NCBI GenBank assembly: GCA_964057225.1
Contig: OZ059898.1
Coordinates: 20,522,001 to 20,586,000 of the forward strand
Direction of reading: 5' to 3'
DNA: 64,000 bases
From: Auanema rhodensis
Lineage: Eukaryota; Animalia; Nematoda
Position 1 is the first letter of the stretch; every line of letters begins with the position of its first letter. Positions 27,817 to 41,850 of this stretch are shown in pieces. The translations under genes were made by a program, and so were the position numbers. The notes beneath the pieces were generated by a model. It saw nothing but the letters and a program-made list of their open reading frames with translations. It was not told where the DNA came from and searched no databases.

Positions 27817-30800
27817 TGATATCTCGGTGCATTTTTAAGCTAGCGCAAATCTGATAACACAGATCGACGCAGCTTAAAAATCCGCATCGAATGCACTATA
27901 CTACATTGAGAAACGCTTAATACAAAAATTAGTTATGATCGTTTGAAAAATGATGCATTAGTGTATGTTGAGTTTCCATGTACACTCAACATTGCTTCCA
28001 AAAACATTTTGACAAAAATTTTTTCGAAAAATTTCAGAATAATTTAGCAAAAAGTAGATGTTTTTAGATTCCATTTTTCAAGGCAAAGACGATGGACAAT
28101 GTTATTCAACGAAAAAATTATTCCTTCAGGGTGAAAATCGAGGATATAAGTGTGAACTTATATCAGTTGATATCTCGGTGCATTTTTAAGCTAGCGCAAA
28201 TCTGATAACACAGATCGACGCAGCTTAAAAATCCGCATCGAATGCACTATACTACATTGAGAAACGCTTAATACAAAAATTAGTTATGATCGTTTGAAAA
28301 ATGATGCATTAGTGTATGTTGAGTTTCCATGTACACTCAACATTGCTTCCAAAAACATTTTGACAAAAATTTTTTCGAAAAATTTCAAAATAATTTAGCA
28401 AAAAGTAGATGTTTTTAGATTCCTTTATTCAAGGCAAAGACGATGGACAATGTTATTCAACGAAAAAATTAATTCTTCAGGGTGAAAATCGAGGATATAA
28501 ATGTGAACTTATATCAGTTGATATCTCGGTGCATTTTTAAGCTAGCGCAAATCTGATAACACAGATCGACGCAGCTTAAAAATCCGCATCGAATGCACTA
28601 TACTACATTGAGAAACGCTTAATACAAAAATTAGTTATGATCGTTTGAAAAATGATGCATTAGTGTATGTTGAGTTTCCATGTACACTCAACATTGCTTC
28701 CAAAAACATTTTGACAAAAATTTTTTCGAAAAATTTCAAAATAATTTAGCAAAAAGTAGATGTTTTTAAATTTTTTATTTCAAGACAAAGACGATGGACA
28801 TTGTTATTCAACGAAAAAATTAATTCTTCAGGGTGAAAATCGAGGAAATAAGTGTGAACTTATATCAGTTGATATCTCGGTGCATTTTTAAGCTAGCGCA
28901 AATGATAACACAGATCGACGCAGCTTAAAAATCCGCATCGAATGCACTATACTACATTGAGAAACGCTTAATACAAAAATTAGTTATGATCGTTTGAAAA
29001 ATGATGCATTAGTGTATGTTGAGTTTCCATGTACACTCAACATTGCTTCCAAAAACATTTTGACAAAAATTTTTTCGAAAAATTTCAAAATAATTTAGCA
29101 AAAAGTAGATGTTTTTAGATTCCTTTATTCAAGGCAAAGACGATGGACAATGTTATTCAACGAAAAAATTAATTCTTCAGGGTGAAAATCGAGGATATAA
29201 ATGTGAACTTATATCAGTTGATATCTCGGTGCATTTTTAAGCTAGCGCAAATCTGATAACACAGATCGACGCAGCTTAAAAATCCGCATCGAATGCACTA
29301 TACTACATTGAGAAACGCTTAATACAAAAATTAGTTATGATCGTTTGAAAAATGATGCATTAGTGTATGTTGAGTTTCCATGTACACTCAACATTGCTTC
29401 CAAAAACATTTTGACAAAAATTTTTTCGAAAAATTTCAGAATAATTTAGCAAAAAGTAGATGTTTTTAGATTCCATTTTTCAAGGCAAAGACGATGGACA
29501 ATGTTATTCAACGAAAAAATTAATTCTTCAGGGTGAAAATCGAGGATATAAGTGTGAACTTATATCAGTTGATATCTCGGTGCATTTTTAAGCTAGCGCA
29601 AATCTGATAACACAGATCGGCGCAGCTTAAAAATCCGCATCGAATGCACTATACTACATTGAGAAACGCTTAATACAAAAATTAGTTATGATCGTTTGAA
29701 AAATGATGCATTAGTGTATGTTGAGTTTCCATGTACACTCAACATTGCTTCCAAAAACATTTTGACAAAAATTTTTTCGAAAAATTTCAAAATAATTTAG
29801 CAAAAAGTAGATGTTTTTAGATTCCTTCATTCAAGGCAAAGACGATGGACAATGTTATTCAACGAAAAAATTAATTCTTCAGGGTGAAAATCGAGGAAAT
29901 AAGTGTGAACTTATATCAGTTGATATCTCGGTGCATTTTTAAGCTAGCGCAAATCTGATAACACAGATCGACTCAGCTTAAAAATCCGCATCGAATGCAC
30001 TATACTACATTGAGAAACGCTTAATACAAAAATTAGTTATGATCGTTTGAAAAATGATGCATTAGTGTATGTTGAGTTTCCATGTACACTCAACATTGCT
30101 TCCAAAAACATTTTGACAAAAATTTTTTCGAAAAATTTCAAAATAATTTAGCAAAAAGTAGATGTTTTTAAATTTTTTATTTCAAGACAAAGACGATGGA
30201 CATTGTTATTCAACGAAAAAATTAATTCTTCAGGGTGAAAATCGAGGATATAAGTGTGAACTTATATCAGTTGATATCTCGGTGCATTTTTAAGCTAGCG
30301 CAAATCTGATAACACAGATCGGCGCAGCTTAAAAATCCGCATCGAATGCACTATACTACATTGAGAAACGCTTAATACAAAAATTAGTTATGATCGTTTG
30401 AAAAATGATGCATTAGTGTATGTTGAGTTTCCATGTACACTCAACATTGCTTCCAAAAACATTTTGACAAAAATTTTTTCGAAAAATTTCAGAATAATTT
30501 AGCAAAAAGTAGATGTTTTTAGATTCCATTTTTCAAGGCAAAGACGATGGACAATGTTATTCAACGAAAAAATTAATTCTTCAGGGTGAAAATCGAGGAT
30601 ATAAGTGTGAACTTATATCAGTTGATATCTCGGTGCATTTTTAAGCTAGCGCAAATCTGATAACACAGATCGGCGCAGCTTAAAAATCCGCATCGAATGC
30701 ACTATACTACATTGAGAAACGCTTAATACAAAAATTAGTTATGATCGTTTGAAAAATGATGCATTAGTGTATGTTGAGTTTCCATGTACACTCAACATTG

Positions 30801-33800
30801 CTTCCAAAAACATTTTGACAAAAATTTTTTCGAAAAATTTCAAAATAATTTAGCAAAAAGTAGATGTTTTTAAATTTTTTATTTCAAGACAAAGACGATG
30901 GACATTGTTATTCAACGAAAAAATTAATTCTTCAGGGTGAAAATCGAGGATATAAGTGTGAACTTATATCAGTTGATATCTCGGTGCATTTTTAAGCTAG
31001 CGCAAATGATAACACAGATCGACGCAGCTTAAAAATCCGCATCGAATGCACTATACTACATTGAGAAACGCTTAATACAAAAATTAGTTATGATCGTTTG
31101 AAAAATGATGCATTAGTGTATGTTGAGTTTCCATGTACACTCAACATTGCTTCCAAAAACATTTTGACAAAAATTTTTTTGAAAAATTTCAGAATAATTT
31201 AGCAAAAAGTAGATGTTTTTAGATTCCATTTTTCAAGGCAAAGACGATGGACAATGTTATTCAACGAAAAAATTAATTCTTCAGGGTGAAAATCGAGGAT
31301 ATAAGTGTGAACTTATATCAGTTGATATCTCGGTGCATTTTTAAGCTAGCGCAAATCTGATAACACAGATCGGCGCAGCTTAAAAATCCGCATCGAATGC
31401 ACTATACTACATTGAGAAACGCTTAATACAAAAATTAGTTATGATCCTTTGAAAAATGATGCATTAGTGTATGTTGAGTTTCCATGTACACTCAACAATG
31501 CTTCCAAAAACACTTTGACAAAAATTTTTTCGAAAAATTTCAAAATAATTTAGCAAAAAGTAGATGTTTTTAGATTCCTTTTTTCAAGGCAAAGACGATG
31601 GACAATGTTATTCAACGAAAAAATTATTCCTTCACGGTGAAAATCGAGGATATAAGTGTGAACTTATATCAGTTGATATCTCGGTGCATTTTTAAGCTAG
31701 CGCAAATCTGATAACACAGATCGACGCAGCTTAAAAATCCGCATCGAATGCACTATACTACATTGAGAAACGCTTAATACAAAAATTAGTTATGATCGTT
31801 TGAAAAATGATGCATTAGTGTATGTTGAGTTTCCATGTACACTCAACATTGCTTCCAAAAACATTTTGACAAAAATTTTTTCGAAAAATTTCAAAATAAT
31901 TTAGCAAAAAGTAGATGTTTTTAAATTTTTTATTTCAAGACAAAGACGATGGACATTGTTATTCAACGAAAAAATTAATTCTTCAGGGTGAAAATCGAGG
32001 AAATAAGTGTGAACTTATATCAGTTGATATCTCGGTGCATTTTTAAGCTAGCGCAAATGATAACACAGATCGACGCAGCTTAAAAATCCGCATCGAATGC
32101 ACTATACTACATTGAGAAACGCTTAATACAAAAATTAGTTATGATCGTTTGAAAAATGATGCATTAGTGTATGTTGAGTTTCCATGTACACTCAACATTG
32201 CTTCCAAAAACATTTTGACAAAAATTTTTTCGAAAAATTTCAAAATAATTTAGCAAAAAGTAGATGTTTTTAGATTCCTTTATTCAAGGCAAAGACGATG
32301 GACAATGTTATTCAACGAAAAAATTAATTCTTCAGGGTGAAAATCGAGGATATAAATGTGAACTTATATCAGTTGATATCTCGGTGCATTTTTAAGCTAG
32401 CGCAAATCTGATAACACAGATCGACGCAGCTTAAAAATCCGCATCGAATGCACTATACTACATTGAGAAACGCTTAATACAAAAATTAGTTATGATCGTT
32501 TGAAAAATGATGCATTAGTGTATGTTGAGTTTCCATGTACACTCAACATTGCTTCCAAAAACATTTTGACAAAAATTTTTTCGAAAAATTTCAGAATAAT
32601 TTAGCAAAAAGTAGATGTTTTTAGATTCCATTTTTCAAGGCAAAGACGATGGACAATGTTATTCAACGAAAAAATTAATTCTTCAGGGTGAAAATCGAGG
32701 ATATAAGTGTGAACTTATATCAGTTGATATCTCGGTGCATTTTTAAGCTAGCGCAAATCTGATAACACAGATCGGCGCAGCTTAAAAATCCGCATCGAAT
32801 GCACTATACTACATTGAGAAACGCTTAATACAAAAATTAGTTATGATCGTTTGAAAAATGATGCATTAGTGTATGTTGAGTTTCCATGTACACTCAACAT
32901 TGCTTCCAAAAACATTTTGACAAAAATTTTTTCGAAAAATTTCAAAATAATTTAGCAAAAAGTAGATGTTTTTAGATTCCTTCATTCAAGGCAAAGACGA
33001 TGGACAATGTTATTCAACGAAAAAATTAATTCTTCAGGGTGAAAATCGAGGAAATAAGTGTGAACTTATATCAGTTGATATCTCGGTGCATTTTTAAGCT
33101 AGCGCAAATCTGATAACACAGATCGACTCAGCTTAAAAATCCGCATCGAATGCACTATACTACATTGAGAAACGCTTAATACAAAAATTAGTTATGATCG
33201 TTTGAAAAATGATGCATTAGTGTATGTTGAGTTTCCATGTACACTCAACATTGCTTCCAAAAACATTTTGACAAAAATTTTTTCGAAAAATTTCAAAATA
33301 ATTTAGCAAAAAGTAGATGTTTTTAAATTTTTTATTTCAAGACAAAGACGATGGACATTGTTATTCAACGAAAAAATTAATTCTTCAGGGTGAAAATCGA
33401 GGATATAAGTGTGAACTTATATCAGTTGATATCTCGGTGCATTTTTAAGCTAGCGCAAATCTGATAACACAGATCGACGCAGCTTAAAAATCCGCATCGA
33501 ATGCACTATACTACATTGAGAAACGCTTAATACAAAAATTAGTTATGATCGTTTGAAAAATGATGCATTAGTGTATGTTGAGTTTCCATGTACACTCAAC
33601 ATTGCTTCCAAAAACATTTTGACAAAAATTTTTTCGAAAAATTTCAAAATAATTTAGCAAAAAGTAGATGTTTTTAGATTCCTTCATTCAAGGCAAAGAC
33701 GATGGACAATGTTATTCAACGAAAAAATTAATTCTTCAGGGTGAAAATCGAGGAAATAAGTGTGAACTTATATCAGTTGATATCTCGGTGCATTTTTAAG

Positions 33801-35883
33801 CTAGCGCAAATTTGATAACACAGATCGACGCAGCTTAAAAATCCGCATCGAATGCACTATACTACATTGAGAAACGCTTAATACAAAAATTAGTTATGAT
33901 CGTTTGAAAAATGATGCATTAGTGTATGTTGAGTTTCCATGTACACTCAACATTGCTTCCAAAAACATTTTGACAAAAATTTTTTCGAAAAATTTCAGAA
34001 TAATTTAGCAAAAAGTAGATGTTTTTAGATTCCATTTTTCAAGGCAAAGACGATGGACAATGTTATTCAACGAAAAAATTATTCCTTCAGGGTGAAAATT
34101 GAGGATATAAGTGTGAACTTATATCAGTTGATATCTCGGTGCATTTTTAAGCTAGCGCAAATCTGATAACACAGATCGACGCAGCTTAAAAATCCGCATC
34201 GAATGCACTATACTACATTGAGAAACGCTTAATACAAAAATTAGTTATGATCGTTTGAAAAATGATGCATTAGTGTATGTTGAGTTTCCATGTACACTCA
34301 ACATTGCTTCCAAAAACATTTTGACAAAAATTTTTTCGAAAAATTTCAAAATAATTTAGCAAAAAGTAGATGTTTTTAGATTCCTTTATTCAAGGCAAAG
34401 ACGATGGACAATGTTATTCAACGAAAAAATTAATTCTTCAGGGTGAAAATCGAGGATATAAATGTGAACTTATATCAGTTGATATCTCGGTGCATTTTTA
34501 AGCTAGCGCAAATCTGATAACACAGATCGACGCAGCTTAAAAATCCGCATCGAATGCACTATACTACATTGAGAAACGCTTAATACAAAAATTAGTTATG
34601 ATCCTTTGAAAAATGATGCATTAGTGTATGTTGAGTTTCCATGTACACTCAACAATGCTTCCAAAAACACTTTGACAAAAATTTTTTCGAAAAATTTCAA
34701 AATAATTTAGCAAAAAGTAGATGTTTTTAGATTCCTTTTTTCAAGGCAAAGACGATGGACAATGTTATTCAACGAAAAAATTATTCCTTCACGGTGAAAA
34801 TCGAGGATATAAGTGTGAACTTATATCAGTTGATATCTCGGTGCATTTTTAAGCTAGCGCAAATCTGATAACACAGATCGACGCAGCTTAAAAATCCGCA
34901 TCGAATGCACTATACTACATTGAGAAACGCTTAATACAAAAATTAGTTATGATCGTTTGAAAAATGATGCATTAGTGTATGTTGAGTTTCCATGTACACT
35001 CAACATTGCTTCCAAAAACATTTTGACAAAAATTTTTTCGAAAAATTTCAAAATAATTTAGCAAAAAGTAGATGTTTTTAAATTTTTTATTTCAAGACAA
35101 AGACGATGGACATTGTTATTCAACGAAAAAATTAATTCTTCAGGGTGAAAATCGAGGATATAAGTGTGAACTTATATCAGTTGATATCTCGGTGCATTTT
35201 TAAGCTAGCGCAAATCTGATAACACAGATCGACGCAGCTTAAAAATCCGCATCGAATGCACTATACTACATTGAGAAACGCTTAATACAAAAATTAGTTA
35301 TGATCGTTTGAAAAATGATGCATTAGTGTATGTTGAGTTTCCATGTACACTCAACATTGCTTCCAAAAACATTTTGACAAAAATTTTTTCGAAAAATTTC
35401 AAAATAATTTAGCAAAAAGTAGATGTTTTTAGATTCCTTCATTCAAGGCAAAGACGATGGACAATGTTATTCAACGAAAAAATTAATTCTTCAGGGTGAA
35501 AATCGAGGATATAAGTGTGAACTTATATCAGTTGATATCTCGGTGCATTTTTAAGCTAGCGCAAATCTGATAACACAGATCGACGCAGCTTAAAAATCCG
35601 CATCGAATGCACTATACTACATTGAGAAACGCTTAATACAAAAATTAGTTATGATCCCTTGAAAAATGATGCATTAGTGTATGTTGAGTTTCCATGTACA
35701 CTCAACATTGCTTCCAAAAACATTTTGACAAAAATTTTTTCGAAAAATTTCAGAATAATTTAGCAAAAAGTAGATGTTTTTAGATTCCATTTTTCAAGGC
35801 AAAGACGATGGACATTGTTATTCAACGAAAAAATTAATTCTTCAGGGTGAAAATCGAGGATATAAGTGTGAACTTATATCAGT

Positions 35884-38800
35884 TGATATCTCGGTGCATT
35901 TTTAAGCTAGCGCAAATCTGATAACACAGATCGACGCAGCTTAAAAATCCGCATCGAATGCACTATACTACATTGAGAAACGCTTAATACAAAAATTAGT
36001 TATGATCGTTTGAAAAATGATGCATTAGTGTATGTTGAGTTTCCATGTACACTCAACATTGCTTCCAAAAACATTTTGACAAAAACTTTTTCGAAAAATT
36101 TCAAAATAATTTAGCAAAAAGTAGATGTTTTTAGATTCCTTCATTCAAGGCAAAGACGATGGACAATGTTATTCAACGAAAAAATTAATTCTTCAGGGTG
36201 AAAATCGAGGATATAAGTGTGAACTTATATCAGTTGATATCTCGGTGCATTTTTAAGCTAGCGCAAATCTGATAACACAGATCGACGCAGCTTAAAAATC
36301 CGCATCGAATGCACTATACTACATTGAGAAACGCTTAATACAAAAATTAGTTATGATCCCTTGAAAAATGATGCATTAGTGTATGTTGAGTTTCCATGTA
36401 CACTCAACATTGCTTCCAAAAACATTTTGACAAAAATTTTTTCGAAAAATTTCAGAATAATTTAGCAAAAAGTAGATGTTTTTAGATTCCATTTTTCAAG
36501 GCAAAGACGATGGACAATGTTATTCAACGAAAAAATTATTCCTTCAGGGTGAAAATCGAGGATATAAGTGTGAACTTATATCAGTTGATATCTCGGTGCA
36601 TTTTTAAGCTAGCGCAAATCTGATAACACAGATCGACGCAGCTTAAAAATCCGCATCGAATGCACTATACTACATTGAGAAACGCTTAATACAAAAATTA
36701 GTTATGATCGTTTGAAAAATGATGCATTAGTGTATGTTGAGTTTCCATGTACACTCAACATTGCTTCCAAAAACATTTTGACAAAAATTTTTTCGAAAAA
36801 TTTCAGAATAATTTAGCAAAAAGTAGATGTTTTTAAATTTTTTATTTCAAGACAAAGACGATGGACATTGTTATTCAACGAAAAAATTATTCCTTCAGGG
36901 TGAAAATCGAGGATATAAGTGTTTACTTATATCAGTTGATATCTCGGTGCATTTTTAAGCTAGCGCAAATCTGATAACACAGATCGACGCAGCTTAAAAA
37001 TCCGCATCGAATGCACTATACTACATTGAGAAACGCTTAATACAAAAATTAGTTATGATCGTTTGAAAAATGATGCATTAGTGTATGTTGAGTTTCCATG
37101 TACACTCAACATTGCTTCCAAAAACATTTTGACAAAAATTTTTTCGAAAAATTTCAAAATAATTTAGCAAAAAGTAGATGTTTTTAAATTTTTTATTTCA
37201 AGACAAAGACGATGGACATTGTTATTCAACGAAAAAATTAATTCTTCAGGGTGAAAATCGAGGATATAAGTGTGAACTTATATCAGTTGATATCTCGGTG
37301 CATTTTTAAGCTAGCGCAAATCTGATAACACAGATCGACGCAGCTTAAAAATCCGCATCGAATGCACTATACTACATTGAGAAACGCTTAATACAAAAAT
37401 TAGTTATGATCGTTTGAAAAATGATGCATTAGTGTATGTTGAGTTTCCATGTACACTCAACATTGCTTCCAAAAACATTTTGACAAAAATTTTTTCGAAA
37501 AATTTCAAAATAATTTAGCAAAAAGTAGATGTTTTTAGATTCCTTCATTCAAGGCAAAGACGATGGACAATGTTATTCAACGAAAAAATTAATTCTTCAG
37601 GGTGAAAATCGAGGATATAAGTGTGAACTTATATCAGTTGATATCTCGGTGCATTTTTAAGCTAGCGCAAATCTGATAACACAGATCGACGCAGCTTAAA
37701 AATCCGCATCGAATGCACTATACTACATTGAGAAACGCTTAATACAAAAATTAGTTATGATCCCTTGAAAAATGATGCATTAGTGTATGTTGAGTTTCCA
37801 TGTACACTCAACATTGCTTCCAAAAACATTTTGACAAAAATTTTTTCGAAAAATTTCAGAATAATTTAGCAAAAAGTAGATGTTTTTAGATTCCATTTTT
37901 CAAGGCAAAGACGATGGACAATGTTATTCAACGAAAAAATTATTCCTTCAGGGTGAAAATCGAGGATATAAGTGTGAACTTATATCAGTTGATATCTCGG
38001 TGCATTTTTAAGCTAGCGCAAATCTGATAACACAGATCGACGCAGCTTAAAAATCCGCATCGAATGCACTATACTACATTGAGAAACGCTTAATACAAAA
38101 ATTAGTTATGATCGTTTGAAAAATGATGCATTAGTGTATGTTGAGTTTCCATGTACACTCAACATTGCTTCCAAAAACATTTTGACAAAAACTTTTTCGA
38201 AAAATTTCAAAATAATTTAGCAAAAAGTAGATGTTTTTAGATTCCTTCATTCAAGGCAAAGACGATGGACAATGTTATTCAACGAAAAAATTAATTCTTC
38301 AGGGTGAAAATCGAGGATATAAGTGTGAACTTATATCAGTTGATATCTCGGTGCATTTTTAAGCTAGCGCAAATCTGATAACACAGATCGACGCAGCTTA
38401 AAAATCCGCATCGAATGCACTATACTACATTGAGAAACGCTTAATACAAAAATTAGTTATGATCCCTTGAAAAATGATGCATTAGTGTATGTTGAGTTTC
38501 CATGTACACTCAACATTGCTTCCAAAAACATTTTGACAAAAATTTTTTCGAAAAATTTCAGAATAATTTAGCAAAAAGTAGATGTTTTTAGATTCCATTT
38601 TTCAAGGCAAAGACGATGGACAATGTTATTCAACGAAAAAATTATTCCTTCAGGGTGAAAATCGAGGATATAAGTGTGAACTTATATCAGTTGATATCTC
38701 GGTGCATTTTTAAGCTAGCGCAAATCTGATAACACAGATCGACGCAGCTTAAAAATCCGCATCGAATGCACTATACTACATTGAGAAACGCTTAATACAA

Positions 38801-40095
38801 AAATTAGTTATGATCGTTTGAAAAATGATGCATTAGTGTATGTTGAGTTTCCATGTACACTCAACATTGCTTCCAAAAACATTTTGACAAAAATTTTTTC
38901 GAAAAATTTCAGAATAATTTAGCAAAAAGTAGATGTTTTTAAATTTTTTATTTCAAGACAAAGACGATGGACATTGTTATTCAACGAAAAAATTATTCCT
39001 TCAGGGTGAAAATCGAGGATATAAGTGTTTACTTATATCAGTTGATATCTCGGTGCATTTTTAAGCTAGCGCAAATCTGATAACACAGATCGACGCAGCT
39101 TAAAAATCCGCATCGAATGCACTATACTACATTGAGAAACGCTTAATACAAAAATTAGTTATGATCGTTTGAAAAATGATGCATTAGTGTATGTTGAGTT
39201 TCCATGTACACTCAACATTGCTTCCAAAAACATTTTGACAAAAATTTTTTCGAAAAATTTCAAAATAATTTAGCAAAAAGTAGATGTTTTTAAATTTTTT
39301 ATTTCAAGACAAAGACGATGGACATTGTTATTCAACGAAAAAATTAATTCTTCAGGGTGAAAATCGAGGATATAAGTGTGAACTTATATCAGTTGATATC
39401 TCGGTGCATTTTTAAGCTAGCGCAAATCTGATAACACAGATCGACGCAGCTTAAAAATCCGCATCGAATGCACTATACTACATTGAGAAACGCTTAATAC
39501 AAAAATTAGTTATGATCGTTTGAAAAATGATGCATTAGTGTATGTTGAGTTTCCATGTACACTCAACATTGCTTCCAAAAACATTTTGACAAAAATTTTT
39601 TCGAAAAATTTCAAAATAATTTAGCAAAAAGTAGATGTTTTTAGATTCCTTCATTCAAGGCAAAGACGATGGACAATGTTATTCAACGAAAAAATTAATT
39701 CTTCAGGGTGAAAATCGAGGATATAAGTGTGAACTTATATCAGTTGATATCTCGGTGCATTTTTAAGCTAGCGCAAATCTGATAACACAGATCGACGCAG
39801 CTTAAAAATCCGCATCGAATGCACTATACTACATTGAGAAACGCTTAATACAAAAATTAGTTATGATCCCTTGAAAAATGATGCATTAGTGTATGTTGAG
39901 TTTCCATGTACACTCAACATTGCTTCCAAAAACATTTTGACAAAAATTTTTTCGAAAAATTTCAGAATAATTTAGCAAAAAGTAGATGTTTTTAGATTCC
40001 ATTTTTCAAGGCAAAGACGATGGACAATGTTATTCAACGAAAAAATTATTCCTTCAGGGTGAAAATCGAGGATATAAGTGTGAACTTATATCAGT
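35884..40095. repeat. Tandem duplication of a 6-monomer block (2 x 2106 bp)
   Basis: Private markers AAAAACTTTTTCG (36086, 38192) and AAGTGTTTACTT (36921, 39027) are each 2106 bp apart. Confidence 0.88.
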
Positions 40096-41850
40096 TGATA
40101 TCTCGGTGCATTTTTAAGCTAGCGCAAATCTGATAACACAGATCGACGCAGCTTAAAAATCCGCATCGAATGCACTATACTACATTGAGAAACGCTTAAT
40201 ACAAAAATTAGTTATGATCGTTTGAAAAATGATGCATTAGTGTATGTTGAGTTTCCATGTACACTCAACATTGCTTCCAAAAACATTTTGACAAAAATTT
40301 TTTTGAAAAATTTCAGAATAATTTAGCAAAAAGTAGATGTTTTTAGATTCCATTTTTCAAGGCAAAGACGATGGACAATGTTATTCAACGAAAAAATTAT
40401 TCCTTCAGGGTGAAAATCGAGGATATAAGTGTGAACTTATATCAGTTGATATCTCGGTGCATTTTTAAGCTAGCGCAAATCTGATAACACAGATCGACGC
40501 AGCTTAAAAATCCGCATCGAATGCACTATACTACATTGAGAAACGCTTAATACAAAAATTAGTTATGATCGTTTGAAAAATGATGCATTAGTGTATGTTG
40601 AGTTTCCATGTACACTCAACATTGCTTCCAAAAACATTTTGACAAAAATTTTTTCGAAAAATTTCAGAATAATGTAGCAAAAAGTAGATGTTTTTAGATT
40701 CCATTTTTCAAGGCAAAGACGATGGACAATGTTATTCAACGAAAAAATTATTCCTTCAGGGTGAAAATCGAGGATATAAGTGTGAACTTATATCAGTTGA
40801 TATCTCGGTGCATTTTTAAGCTAGCGCAAATCTGATAACACAGATCGACGCAGCTTAAAAATCCGCATCGAATGCACTATACTACATTGAGAAACGCTTA
40901 ATACAAAAATTAGTTATGATCGTTTGAAAAATGATGCATTAGTGTATGTTGAGTTTCCATGTACACTCAACATTGCTTCCAAAAACATTTTGACAAAAAT
41001 TTTTTTGAAAAATTTCAGAATAATTTAGCAAAAAGTAGATGTTTTTAGATTCCATTTTTCAAGGCAAAGACGATGGACAATGTTATTCAACGAAAAAATT
41101 ATTCCTTCAGGGTGAAAATCGAGGATATAAGTGTGAACTTATATCAGTTGATATCTCGGTGCATTTTTAAGCTAGCGCAAATCTGATAACACAGATCGAC
41201 GCAGCTTAAAAATCCGCATCGAATGCACTATACTACATTGAGAAACGCTTAATACAAAAATTAGTTATGATCGTTTGAAAAATGATGCATTAGTGTATGT
41301 TGAGTTTCCATGTACACTCAACATTGCTTCCAAAAACATTTTGACAAAAATTTTTTCGAAAAATTTCAAAATAATTTAGCAAAAAGTAGATGTTTTTAGA
41401 TTCCATTTTTCAAGGCAAAGACGATGGACAATGTTATTCAACGAAAAAATTATTCCTTCAGGGTGAAAATCGAGGATATAAGTGTGAACTTATATCAGTT
41501 GATATCTCGGTGCATTTTTAAGCTAGCGCAAATCTGATAACACAGATCGACGCAGCTTAAAAATCCGCATCGAATGCACTAAACTACATTGAGAAACGCT
41601 TAATACAGAAATTAGTTATGATCGTTTGAAAAATGATGCATTAGTGTATGTTGAGTTTCCATGTACACTCAACAATGCTTCCAAAAACATTTTGACAAAA
41701 ATTTTTTCGAAAAATTTCAAAATAATTTAGCAAAAAGTAGATGTTTTTAGATTCCTTTTTTCAAGGCAAAGACGATGGACAATGTTATTCAACGAAAAAA
41801 TTATTCCTTCAGGGTGAAAATCGAGGATATAAGTGTGAACTTATATCAGT

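Larger units (their letters stand above)
7021..35181. repeat. HOR domain 1: A-B-C-D core with a variable tail (irregular 4- to 8-mers); contains all the deletion monomers
   Basis: Type A monomers start at 7021, 9829, 11935, 13690, 15794, 18538 and 22971, each followed by B, C and usually D. The order becomes more scrambled after about 26 kb. Confidence 0.8.
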
